NCBI GenBank assembly: GCA_900544715.1
Contig: UQWL01000007.1
Span: 35,043 to 99,042 of the forward strand
Length of the DNA stretch: 64,000 nt
Origin: an uncultured Oscillospiraceae bacterium
GTDB lineage: Bacteria; Bacillota; Clostridia; Oscillospirales; Acutalibacteraceae
Direction: 5' to 3'
The translations under genes and the position numbers were made by a program. Numbering within the stretch: position 1 is the stretch's first letter; every line of letters starts with the position of its first letter. The notes below the pieces were generated by a model. It worked only from the letters and a program-made list of their open reading frames with translations. It made no database searches and was not told the origin of the DNA. Below, piece after piece: positions 37,236-46,498 of this stretch.

Positions 37236-38660
37236 TCAGATCCGCTCCTCTGTGGGAACGTAAATCGAAGAGCGCGGCTGCGCCTCGGTACGCTGTGCGA
37301 TCGGGGTATAGACGCCGGGCAGAGAAACGCTTTTGTAGGCCGGGCGAATGATCCGGCCGCCGCTGATGAGCTCTTCCATTCGATGCGCGGCCCAGCCAGC
37401 CATGCGCGCAACGGCAAATAGGGGGGTGAAGAGATCCACTGGGATGCCGAGCATCCGGTATACCAGGCCGGAATACAGGTCTACATTAGCGCACACCCGC
37501 TTTTTATTCCCTTTCTCACGGGCGAAAATTTCGGGTGTCAGCCGCTCTACCAGCTCGATGGAACGGAATTTTTCTTCAAACTCTGTGCCGGATGCGAATT
37601 TGCGGGCCCGCTCCTTGAGCAGAACGGCGCGCGGATCAGAGAGCGTGTAAACAGCGTGCCCCATGCCGTAAATCAGGCCGCTGTGATCCCCCGCCTGCTT
37701 ATGGATGATGCGCTTGAGAAAATCGGCCACCTGGCCTTCATCCGTAAGATCGGATACCTCCTGCTCCAAGCAGTCCAGCATTTGGGTTACCTTGATGTTG
37801 GCGCCACCATGGCGGGGGCCTTTGAGGGAGCCAATGCCCGCGGCGATGGCGGAATAAGTATCTGTTCCGCTGGAGGTGAGCACCCGTGTGGAAAAGGTGG
37901 AGTTGTTACCGCCTCCGTGCTCCGCATGCAGCATCAGGCACAGATCCAGCAGCTTTGCCTCTTCATCGGTGAATTTCCGGTCAGAGCGGATGGAGTTGAG
38001 GATAAACTGAGCGGTGGTATGTTCCTTACGGATCGGATGGATGTACATGCTCTTATGATAATAATGCCGGCGTTTGACCTGATAGGCATAGCTCATAATG
38101 GTGGGCAGCTGGGCAACGAGCTGGATGGATTGCCGCAGCACGTTTTCAATGGAGGTATCATCCGGCTGTTCATCGTAAGAATAGAGGGCCAGCACACAGC
38201 GCGCCAGCTTATTCATGATATCCGGCGACGGCGCCTTCATAATCATATCCTCAATAAAGTCCTCCGGGAGCTCGCGGCACTGGGCCAAGGTCTGTGTAAA
38301 GGCCGTGAGCTGTGCCTGCGTGGGCAGCGTGCCAAACAGGAGCAGCCAGGCAACCTCTTCATAGCCGAAGCGGTTTTCCGCCTCGCAGCCATGCACCAGA
38401 TCAAGCAGATCTATCCCGCGGTAAATCAGGCGGCCGGGCACCGGCACGCGCTCTCCGTCGCTGACATAATAGCCCTGCACGTTGCAAATGCGGGTAAGCC
38501 CCGCCATAACGCCCGTGCCATCTTGGTTGCGCAGGCCGCGCTTGACAGAATAACGCTCGAAGTCGGCGGGGTTGATGGAGTTATTTTTGCCAAGCTCCTT
38601 GCATAAATTGGAAAGAGAATCGTTGGAAAGGGGGGAGATATAGTTTGCCATTGGCATCAC
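37236..38660 (-). CDS. Citrate synthase.
   Basis: GYGHAV and catalytic-region motifs (MLHAEHGGGNNSTFSTRV, GPRHGGAN, NVDLYSGLVY). Confidence 0.8.
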   Translation of the reverse strand: MMPMANYISPLSNDSLSNLCKELGKNNSINPADFERYSVKRGLRNQDGTGVMAGLTRICNVQGYYVSDGERVPVPGRLIYRGIDLLDLVHGCEAENRFGYEEVAWLLLFGTLPTQAQLTAFTQTLAQCRELPEDFIEDMIMKAPSPDIMNKLARCVLALYSYDEQPDDTSIENVLRQSIQLVAQLPTIMSYAYQVKRRHYYHKSMYIHPIRKEHTTAQFILNSIRSDRKFTDEEAKLLDLCLMLHAEHGGGNNSTFSTRVLTSSGTDTYSAIAAGIGSLKGPRHGGANIKVTQMLDCLEQEVSDLTDEGQVADFLKRIIHKQAGDHSGLIYGMGHAVYTLSDPRAVLLKERARKFASGTEFEEKFRSIELVERLTPEIFAREKGNKKRVCANVDLYSGLVYRMLGIPVDLFTPLFAVARMAGWAAHRMEELISGGRIIRPAYKSVSLPGVYTPIAQRTEAQPRSSIYVPTEERI

Positions 38661-38801
38661 CGCTCTACAAAATATAATCGTTCATAATATTGTATATCGC
38701 TGACAGGGTAAAGTCAAGGTTTTCAATGGGAACCTGCATAGGCGGAATTGCGGGGAGACTCCTCCGCGCGCCGCCCCTGCGATTGGGAAAGGATGAGGAA
38801 A

Positions 38802-39800
38802 ATGCGCAGATATGGAGTTTTATGCATGACACTACTGCTGATTATGGTGGTTACGCCGCTACTGGCGATGGGAGAGGGCGCCGCCCAAATTCCGGACAGC
38901 CTATCTGGCGGAAATTCCGCCGGAGAAGTGCAGAAGGGTCAGGCGGGGGAAGCGGGCACAATGAAGGTGCTGCGCGCTTCCAGCAACCGGGTGGAGACGA
39001 TGAGCGATCTGGAATATGTGATCGGAGCGGTCAGTGCGGAAATGCCGCCGACCTACCACACGGAAGCGCTCAAGGCGCAGGCGGCGGCCTGCTACACCTT
39101 TGCGCTACGTAGCCGTAACGAGCAGCTGAAAAAGCCCGATGACGCGCTTTCCGGCGCTTATCTCAACGACGACAGCTCACAGCACCAGGGCTTTATCAGC
39201 AAGGAGGAGAGTCGGGAGAAATGGGGCGGCAAGTTCGACACCTATTATAAAAAAATCAGCGAGGCCTGTGAGGCGGTCGTCGGCAAAGCGATCGTATACA
39301 ATGGGGAGCCGATCGTCGCGGCTTTCCATGCCATATGCAGCGGGCAGACGGAGAGCGCGCAGGTGGTTTGGGGGAAGGATTTGCCGTATCTCCAATCTGT
39401 GCAGAGCACAGGGGACCGGCTTTCGCCGGACTATGCTTCCACGCTTTCCCTCACAAAGGATCAATTCAGCACAATGGCCAAAAAGCTGGGCCAGGTTTCC
39501 CTGGAGGGCGACGCATCCAAGTGGTTTGCCAACCCGGAAACCTCCAAGGCGGGGACGGTCACTTCCATCACCATTGGCGGGCAAAAGGTGACCGGGCAGC
39601 AGGCGCGCGAGGCCTTTGGCCTGCGCAGCGCATGTTTTACCCTGGAATATAAAAACGACCGGTTCACCTTCCACGTCAGTGGCTATGGCCACTGCGTGGG
39701 GATGAGCCAGTACGGCGCGGATTATATGGCCCGGCAGGGCAGTTCCTGGGAGGAGATCATTCAGCATTATTATAAAGGGGCGGAGATCAAGGAACTGTGA
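38802..39800 (+). CDS. spoIID: Stage II sporulation protein D (SpoIID/LytB domain).
   Basis: Signal peptide followed by LEYVIGAVSAEMPPTYHTEALKAQAAACYTFAL, AFHAICSGQTES and HCVGMSQYGA. Confidence 0.8.
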   Translation: MRRYGVLCMTLLLIMVVTPLLAMGEGAAQIPDSLSGGNSAGEVQKGQAGEAGTMKVLRASSNRVETMSDLEYVIGAVSAEMPPTYHTEALKAQAAACYTFALRSRNEQLKKPDDALSGAYLNDDSSQHQGFISKEESREKWGGKFDTYYKKISEACEAVVGKAIVYNGEPIVAAFHAICSGQTESAQVVWGKDLPYLQSVQSTGDRLSPDYASTLSLTKDQFSTMAKKLGQVSLEGDASKWFANPETSKAGTVTSITIGGQKVTGQQAREAFGLRSACFTLEYKNDRFTFHVSGYGHCVGMSQYGADYMARQGSSWEEIIQHYYKGAEIKEL

Positions 39801-39804
39801 GCCG

Positions 39805-40377
39805 TTACTGATCAGGCTTTGTCAAAACCTGTTCCAGCCGGCTCATCAGGCTTTTGCGTGCGCGGGAAAGCTTGACGCGCGCGAGCTTCTCCGAGCAATT
39901 GAGCAGGGTCGCCAGCTGGGCGGTGTTGCAGCCATACGCATATTTTAAAGTGAGCGCGTAGCGGTAATCGGGAGGCAGGCAGCGGATCACCTGCAAAATC
40001 GTTTCCTCCTGCTCCCGACGCAACAGCAACGCGTCCGGCCGGTTTTCCCGATCCTCCGGGTCGGAATCCAGCTCTATCATTTCCTCTAAAGAAGATTCCT
40101 CTTGGGCCTTGCCGCGCTTGCGCTTCATATCGTAGGAAATATTTTTGATGACCGTTATCAAAAATGCGATCGTTTTGTGCTCGTCTGACTCATCAATTTT
40201 ATCCAGGCAGCTGATGATACGGATGAACGTTTCCTGCACAGCGTCCTCAGCCAGGTGCTCGTCAAACAGAATATTCTGCGCCGTGTATTTCAGGCAGCGT
40301 TCATATTGGTGGAAGAGGCGTTCAAATTTTTCACGCTCCTCCTGTGTGTCGATCATGGAAAGGTAAAGGGAAAGCAC
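39805..40377 (-). CDS. ECF-like sigma-70 family sigma factor with no adjacent anti-sigma gene.
   Basis: Region 2 (EDAVQETFIRI) and region 4 (AQLATLLNCSEKLARVKLSRARKSL). Confidence 0.75.
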   Translation of the reverse strand: MLSLYLSMIDTQEEREKFERLFHQYERCLKYTAQNILFDEHLAEDAVQETFIRIISCLDKIDESDEHKTIAFLITVIKNISYDMKRKRGKAQEESSLEEMIELDSDPEDRENRPDALLLRREQEETILQVIRCLPPDYRYALTLKYAYGCNTAQLATLLNCSEKLARVKLSRARKSLMSRLEQVLTKPDQ

Positions 40378-40591
40378 GCTGCCACCTCACTTGTTATCTG
40401 TGTAAAATCGTGGTGTCTGACAGGCCGCTTCGCAATCGTTTTGGCATGGATTATTTTAGCATGCTTCCCGGGAGAAGGCAAGTTTCGAGCGGAATAAATC
40501 CAATTCGACCAGTTTTGGGGACAGAACAAGGGCGCGCTGCAAATGGTGGACATACCTGTTTTGCAGCGCGCCCGTTTTGTGGCACAATATA

Positions 40592-42703
40592 TTAAGCTTT
40601 TTTGCTGAGAATCCGGGCAGAGTTCAGCACAGCGAGAATCGTAACGCCCACATCGGCAAATACGGCCGCCCACATGCCTGCAAGGCTCAGCGCGCCAAGC
40701 ACGAGCACGACGCCTTTTACAAGGAGCGCAAACGTGATGTTAAAGCGGATGATCCGCATGCAGCGGCGGAAGAGAACGATTGCCTGCGGCAGCTTAGAGG
40801 GCTGGTTATTCGTTAAAACGACGTCGCCCGCCTCAATGGCAGCATCCGTGCCGAGCCCCATCGCAACGCCCACATCCGCGGCGGCAAGCACAGGGGCGTC
40901 ATTAATGCCGTCGCCGACAAAGGCGGTCACGCCGCTCTCCCGTTTGATCTGTTCCAGGATTTCCAGCTTTTCCTCCGGCAGAAGGCCGGCGTGGTATTCG
41001 GTAATCCCACACGCAGCGGCCGCATCCCTGGCCGCTTCCTCATGGTCGCCTGTGAGCATGACGATCCGGTTGACACCCAGCGCACGCAGCTGCTTGACCG
41101 CAAGGGCGGAATCTTCACGCAGCTTGCCAGAAACAGAAACGGCCCCTAAAAGCTGCCCGCTGCGTGCAACATATACCATCTCATCCGGCAGCATGGAGGT
41201 GTTCACTCCATGTGCCTGCATGAGCCGCTCTGCACCGCAGAGGATTTCTTCCCCATCCACAATCACGCAGGTGCCGCCGCCAGGCGTTTCAGAAAAATCA
41301 CTGATCCGGGTTTCGTCAATCGCTCCAAAAGCCTCAACGATTGATCGGGCGATCGGATGGTTGGAGCGGTATTCGGCGAGCGCGGCCGCCTCTAAAACCG
41401 CTTGTTCGGAAACACCGTTTACCGTGGCGATATGGGTGACGGTGAATTGATCGGTGGTGAGAGTGCCAGTTTTATCAAATACGACGGCTCCCGGCTTTTC
41501 CAGGGTTTCGATATAGCAGCCGCCTTTGACGAGAATCCCGCGTTTGGAGGCGGCGCCAACCCCTGCGAAGAAGCCCAGCGGAACGCTTAACACAAACGCG
41601 CACGGGCAGGAGGCCACGAGGAACACGAGCGCGTTATGCGCCCATTCCTTCCAATCGCCGCCGAGCAGCGGGGGAACGATGGCGAGCAAGGCCGCCAATA
41701 CCACGACGACGGGCGTGTAAATCTTTGCAAATTTGGTGACAAGCCGTTCCGCGGGCGCTTTGCGCTGGGCGGCATTTTCCACCATATCGATAATCCGGGA
41801 GGCGGCGGACTGTGCATAGGAGTTGACGACCCGCATCGTTAAGGTGCCGGAGCCATTAATCATGCCGCTGAGCAATTCAGATTCTGGCCCGGCGTTTTGC
41901 GGGGCACTTTCGCCAGTAATGGCGGAGGCATCCACCGTGCTTTCACCGGAAAGCACCACGCCGTCGAGCGGGACGCGCTCAAAGGGCAAGATTTGCAGCG
42001 TTGCGCCCACTTCCACCGCCTGTGCGGCAACCTGCTGCGTGGCGCCGTCCGGCAGCAGGAGATTGGCGGTATCCGGCCGGATTTCAGACAGCGCGGCGAT
42101 CGATTTGCGGGAGCGGCCGACTGCATAGTGCTCAAATAATTCCCCTACACCAAAAAAGAGGGTAACGGCGGCCGCCTCCGCAAAATCACCCATAAAAGAG
42201 GCCGCAACCACGGCGATGGTGACGAGCAGATGCTCATCCAGGCTGATGTGGCGCAGGCTCTTGACGGCGGCTGCAAAAACTGGCCAGCCGGCGAGCAGAA
42301 TGCTCGATACGAATAGGATAGGAGAAAGGATGGCCGGAACCGCAGAAATTTCCCGGCAGAGATAGGCTGCCACGAAGCATATGGCCGCGGCGATCACGGT
42401 GCCAATCTGCCATTTGCCTTCCGCTTCGCCATGTGTATGGCTGTGGCCCTGTTCCGTATGGGCTCCGGCCTGATCGCTGGAAACTTCAACGGCCACGCAG
42501 CCCGGCTCCACACGGCTGATTTCCAGGTTGATCCGGTCTGCCAATGCGCGGGGCTCGCCCTCTGCTTTCAGGGTCAGGGTAGCGGTGGGGAAGCTTACGC
42601 TCACCTCGGAAAAAGCGTCAATCGCGGAGAGCCGTTCTTCGATTTTGGATGCACAGCTTGCACAATCCAGGTTGTTCAGTTTATACTGCCTGCGGTTTGT
42701 CAT
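40592..42703 (-). CDS. Heavy-metal P1B-type ATPase (Cd2+/Zn2+/Co2+-type).
   Basis: N-terminal HMA domain (CASCASKIE), CPC motif in the membrane domain (SCPCAFVLSVP), DKTGTLT phosphorylation site, GDGINDAP. Confidence 0.9.
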   Translation of the reverse strand: MTNRRQYKLNNLDCASCASKIEERLSAIDAFSEVSVSFPTATLTLKAEGEPRALADRINLEISRVEPGCVAVEVSSDQAGAHTEQGHSHTHGEAEGKWQIGTVIAAAICFVAAYLCREISAVPAILSPILFVSSILLAGWPVFAAAVKSLRHISLDEHLLVTIAVVAASFMGDFAEAAAVTLFFGVGELFEHYAVGRSRKSIAALSEIRPDTANLLLPDGATQQVAAQAVEVGATLQILPFERVPLDGVVLSGESTVDASAITGESAPQNAGPESELLSGMINGSGTLTMRVVNSYAQSAASRIIDMVENAAQRKAPAERLVTKFAKIYTPVVVVLAALLAIVPPLLGGDWKEWAHNALVFLVASCPCAFVLSVPLGFFAGVGAASKRGILVKGGCYIETLEKPGAVVFDKTGTLTTDQFTVTHIATVNGVSEQAVLEAAALAEYRSNHPIARSIVEAFGAIDETRISDFSETPGGGTCVIVDGEEILCGAERLMQAHGVNTSMLPDEMVYVARSGQLLGAVSVSGKLREDSALAVKQLRALGVNRIVMLTGDHEEAARDAAAACGITEYHAGLLPEEKLEILEQIKRESGVTAFVGDGINDAPVLAAADVGVAMGLGTDAAIEAGDVVLTNNQPSKLPQAIVLFRRCMRIIRFNITFALLVKGVVLVLGALSLAGMWAAVFADVGVTILAVLNSARILSKKA

Positions 42704-43110
42704 AAGGAGATCGCCCCTCTCTTGTGTAAAATATGTTGTAGCCCTGCGGCAAAGATGGAATGGACGTGCTCGTCATCCAGCGCGTAATACATTGTTTTGC
42801 CATCTCGCCTGGGGCGGACCAGGCCGGCGGTGCGCAGGATGCGTAGCTGGTGAGAAATAGCGCTTTGCCCCATGCCCAATAGCTCCGCCAGGTCGCATAC
42901 GCACAGCTCATGGTCGAGCAGGGCGCTGAGGATGCGGATGCGCGTGCTGTCGCCAAATACCTTAAAAAGCTCGGCCACATCGTAGAGGACTTCTTCATTC
43001 GGCATTTGTGCACGCGTGCAGGCGATGATATCCTCATGTGTTTCCGGCTCAGCACAGCAGTATTCCGGCATTTCAGACGGTGTGAGCAAAGCGGCTTGTT
43101 TGGGTTCCAT
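42700..43110 (-). CDS. ArsR/SmtB-family metalloregulator (CadC-like).
   Basis: Metal-binding N-terminal Cys (EYCCAEPE) and HTH (ELCVCDLAELLGMGQSAISHQLRIL). It overlaps the ATPase gene by 4 nt. Confidence 0.8.
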   Translation of the reverse strand: MEPKQAALLTPSEMPEYCCAEPETHEDIIACTRAQMPNEEVLYDVAELFKVFGDSTRIRILSALLDHELCVCDLAELLGMGQSAISHQLRILRTAGLVRPRRDGKTMYYALDDEHVHSIFAAGLQHILHKRGAISL

Positions 43111-43150
43111 ACGGCTAGCCTCCTCCTATCAAATAAACCATTGCACAATA

Positions 43151-43178
43151 CATCATATGAACAACTATTCATATGATG
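43151..43178. promoter_or_regulatory. Candidate ArsR/SmtB operator: 11-6-11 inverted repeat CATCATATGAA-CAACTA-TTCATATGATG.
   Basis: Perfect 11-nt arms, 41-68 nt upstream of the cadC start. Confidence 0.5.
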
Positions 43179-43504
43179 GTTTTAATATATCCCAATCGAA
43201 GGAGAAAGTCAAGCAGGAAGGCGGATTTTTTTGAATGATTTTTTGTTGAATCACTTTTTGAGAAGGAGAATATCAGAAATCGGGCCGGTCCCCGTGCCCT
43301 CCGTTTTGCTTGTGGATTGCAGGAAGCTGTGATATAATAGCGTCAAACGAGTCGTTTGACGCATTGGAAAAATGCCTGTCGGCGTGAAACGCCTCCTGCC
43401 GCTGAGCGGCAACGCTATTTTGAAAAGCATTGTAAAGATAACTCAGATATATTATATTCATCAATTGCCGGTTTGAACCGGCATTAGGGAATAGGGGACG
43501 GAAT

Positions 43505-44302
43505 ATGCCTGTATTAAAGCAAGCAAAACGCATCGTCGTCAAGGTGGGCACCTCCACGCTGACCTATGAGACGGGAAAAACAAATATCCGCCGGATGGCA
43601 AAGCTCGTAAGTGTGCTGTCTGATCTGCTTAACTCCGGGATGGAGGTTGTGCTGGTGACAAGTGGCGCAATCGGTGTTGGCGTTGGGAAGCTCGGCCTGC
43701 GCGAGCGGCCGGAGGATACGCCGGGCCGCCAGGCGGCGGCAACCGTGGGGCAATGCGAGCTGATGTTTATGTATGATAAGCTTTTCGGCGAGTATGGGCA
43801 CACTGTGGGCCAACTGCTCATCACACGGGGGGATATTGAAAATGAATGCCGGAAGACCAATCTGGTGAATACCTTTGAAAAGCTCTTCGCCTACGGTGCG
43901 ATCCCAATCGTTAATGAAAACGACAGCGTAGCCGTGGAGGAGATTGTATTCGGTGACAACGACAGCCTTTCGGCGATCGTTGCGCGGCTTGTGCAGGCGG
44001 ACGCTCTGATGATTCTCAGCGATATCGACGGCCTGTACGACAGCGATCCGCACAAGGATGCGGATGCCCGTCTGATTCCGGTGGTGGATGAGATTGATGA
44101 CAGGATCCGGGCATTGGCCGGCGGCAGCGGAACGCAGCGCGGCACCGGAGGCATGGTGACAAAACTGCATGCCGCAGAGCTTGCCACAGAGGCAGGGATT
44201 GATACGATTGTGATGAACGGCGACGCGCCGCAGGATTTATATAAGATATTGGAGGGCCGCCAGATCGGCACCTTTTTTAAAGCGAGGAGGAATCGGGAAT
44301 GA
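43505..44302 (+). CDS. proB: Glutamate 5-kinase (short form without a PUA domain).
   Basis: VVKVGTSTLT, VTSGAIGVG, IVNENDSVAVEEI. Confidence 0.85.
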   Translation: MPVLKQAKRIVVKVGTSTLTYETGKTNIRRMAKLVSVLSDLLNSGMEVVLVTSGAIGVGVGKLGLRERPEDTPGRQAAATVGQCELMFMYDKLFGEYGHTVGQLLITRGDIENECRKTNLVNTFEKLFAYGAIPIVNENDSVAVEEIVFGDNDSLSAIVARLVQADALMILSDIDGLYDSDPHKDADARLIPVVDEIDDRIRALAGGSGTQRGTGGMVTKLHAAELATEAGIDTIVMNGDAPQDLYKILEGRQIGTFFKARRNRE

Positions 44303-45543
44303 CCGCATTGGAACAATTAGGGCAGCGGGCAAAGCAGGCGGAGCGTTTTTTGCGCACGGCTTCCACTGCTAGTAAAGATCATGGCCTTGCCCAAATCGCG
44401 GATGCTTTGCTGGAACATACTGCTGCGATTTTGGAGGCAAATGCGAAGGATCTTGCCAACGGGGAGCAGGCGGGCATGAGCCCGGCTTTGCTTGACCGTC
44501 TCCGCCTGGATGAGGCCCGTATTGCGGGGATGGCGCAGGGGGTGCGGGAGATTGTTGCCCTGCCGGACCCGGTGGGCAAGGTGCTCTCCGGCGGGAACAG
44601 GCCGAACGGCTTGCAGATTGTAAAGGTGGCGGTGCCCCTCGGCGTTGTGGCAGTGATTTTTGAGGCGCGCCCCAATGTAACAGCCGACGCCGCGGCGCTG
44701 TGCTTGAAATCCGGCAATGCGGTGATCCTGCGCGGCGGCAAGGAGGCGATCCATTCCAACCAGGCGATTGCTGCTGTGATGCGCGCCGCGCTGGAGCAGG
44801 CGGGCCTTCCGCAAGATTGCATCCAGCTCGTGGCGGATACGTCGCGCGATTCCGCCAATGAGCTGATGCGGCTCAATGCGTATGTGGATGTATTGATCCC
44901 CAGGGGCGGCGGCGGGCTGATCCGCGCGGTGGTGGAGCATGCGACGGTGCCGGTGATTGAAACGGGCGTGGGCAACTGCCACATCTATGTCGATCAGGCG
45001 GCAGATCTTGAAATGGCGGCGGAGATCGTTTTCAATGCGAAAACCTCTCGTCCCTCGGTGTGCAACGCATGCGAGAGCCTTTTGGTGCACCGCGGGATTG
45101 CACAGCAGGCGCTGCCGCTGATCAAGCGCAGGCTCGATGAGAAGCAGGTGATTCTGCGCGGAGATGAAGCGGCCCGTGCGATCCTGCCCGGCATTGAAGC
45201 CGCACAGGAGGCGGACTGGAGCACGGAATATTTGGATTATATTCTGGCGGTAAAGGTTGTCGGCAGCATCGAAGAAGCGATTGCACACATCGGCCGCTAT
45301 GGAACCGGGCACAGTGAATGCATTGTGACACAAAATTACAGCGCTGCGGAGCAATTCCTCAACGAGGTGGATGCGGCTGCGGTTTATGTGAATGCATCCA
45401 CCCGGTATACGGATGGCGGAGAGTTCGGCTTTGGAGCGGAGATCGGCATCTCTACCCAAAAGCTGCATGCGCGCGGCCCGCTTGGGCTCAGCGAGCTGAC
45501 CAGTGTGAAATATAAGATTTACGGTGCAGGGCAGGTTCGCTAG
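44299..45543 (+). CDS. proA: Gamma-glutamyl phosphate reductase.
   Basis: ALDH-fold ProA motifs and translational coupling with proB (ATGA overlap). Confidence 0.9.
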   Translation: MTALEQLGQRAKQAERFLRTASTASKDHGLAQIADALLEHTAAILEANAKDLANGEQAGMSPALLDRLRLDEARIAGMAQGVREIVALPDPVGKVLSGGNRPNGLQIVKVAVPLGVVAVIFEARPNVTADAAALCLKSGNAVILRGGKEAIHSNQAIAAVMRAALEQAGLPQDCIQLVADTSRDSANELMRLNAYVDVLIPRGGGGLIRAVVEHATVPVIETGVGNCHIYVDQAADLEMAAEIVFNAKTSRPSVCNACESLLVHRGIAQQALPLIKRRLDEKQVILRGDEAARAILPGIEAAQEADWSTEYLDYILAVKVVGSIEEAIAHIGRYGTGHSECIVTQNYSAAEQFLNEVDAAAVYVNASTRYTDGGEFGFGAEIGISTQKLHARGPLGLSELTSVKYKIYGAGQVR

Positions 45544-45583
45544 CCGGAACTGCGCTGCGATCAAAACAGGAGGATTTGCCCAT

Positions 45584-46378
45584 ATGGATACAAAAGCAAG
45601 GCCGTCCCGTAAAAAGAGAAGGTCCTGGGCGTTCCCGCTCGGGTTGCTCGTTATCGTGCTGGTGGTTGCCGGCGTGGTGGCAATCGTCGGCGCAGGCGTA
45701 AGCGGCGTCAAAGGTGTTGTGGAGAAGCGCGAGAATGCGATGAAAGAGGAGTATCAGAAGTTCATTGCCCCCGTCATTATGAATGACCCTTCGCCCTTCG
45801 ACGATCTGAGCCAGGCGGATATCGGCCAGCTGATGGAGGCTGCCATATGGTCCCTGCTGCGCAGCGATCCCGACCCGGATCGATATCCGTATGAAGAGGG
45901 CGGCTATATGGTCATCCCGCAGGCGGATGTGGAAAAACAGTTTGAATACCTGTTTGGCACTGAGGTGAAGCCGCAGCATGCGACAATTACCGGCTATGGC
46001 TATGAATTCCCCTATGACGCGGCAACGAAAACCTATCATATCCCGGTTGCAGGTGTTGACCAGCTCTATACGGCGCAGATTTATGAGATTGAGAAGAAGG
46101 GCGCAACGACCTACCTGACTGTCGGCTATATCGCCGGTGGGCAGTGGGTACAGGATGCAAATGGAGATATTGTGGCCCCTGAGCCGGATAAATATATGAA
46201 GATCACACTGCGTGAAAAAGGCGAATCCTATTATATCAGCGCAATTCAGGCAACCGATCCGCCGGAAACGGCAGCCACCAAGGCGCAACCGTCTGAAACG
46301 GAGGGAGAAACGGTCAGCGAGGCTCCTACCAGCGCTGAAGCGGATTCTTCCACAGCGGCGGCTACAACTGCCGTGTAA
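45584..46378 (+). CDS. Hypothetical N-terminally membrane-anchored protein with a Thr/Ala/Glu-rich C-terminal tail.
   Basis: Basic N-terminus and one TM segment (AFPLGLLVIVLVVAGVVAIV). AACAGGAGG RBS. Confidence 0.5.
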   Translation: MDTKARPSRKKRRSWAFPLGLLVIVLVVAGVVAIVGAGVSGVKGVVEKRENAMKEEYQKFIAPVIMNDPSPFDDLSQADIGQLMEAAIWSLLRSDPDPDRYPYEEGGYMVIPQADVEKQFEYLFGTEVKPQHATITGYGYEFPYDAATKTYHIPVAGVDQLYTAQIYEIEKKGATTYLTVGYIAGGQWVQDANGDIVAPEPDKYMKITLREKGESYYISAIQATDPPETAATKAQPSETEGETVSEAPTSAEADSSTAAATTAV

Positions 46379-46498
46379 AATGGTTATAGCGGATGTCTAT
46401 GTATAACAGCGGTCCTCTTCCAACCGTAGGAAGAGGGCCGATTATCGTACTGCGAGCTGGGCTGTGCGCCGCCCAGCCAGCTGCGGGGAGTTGATCGT

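Noticed and set aside
43270-43504. Possible T-box riboswitch in the proBA leader.
   Set aside because: No T-box core or specifier-loop and antiterminator arrangement is recognisable. I kept only the generic 'structured leader' statement.
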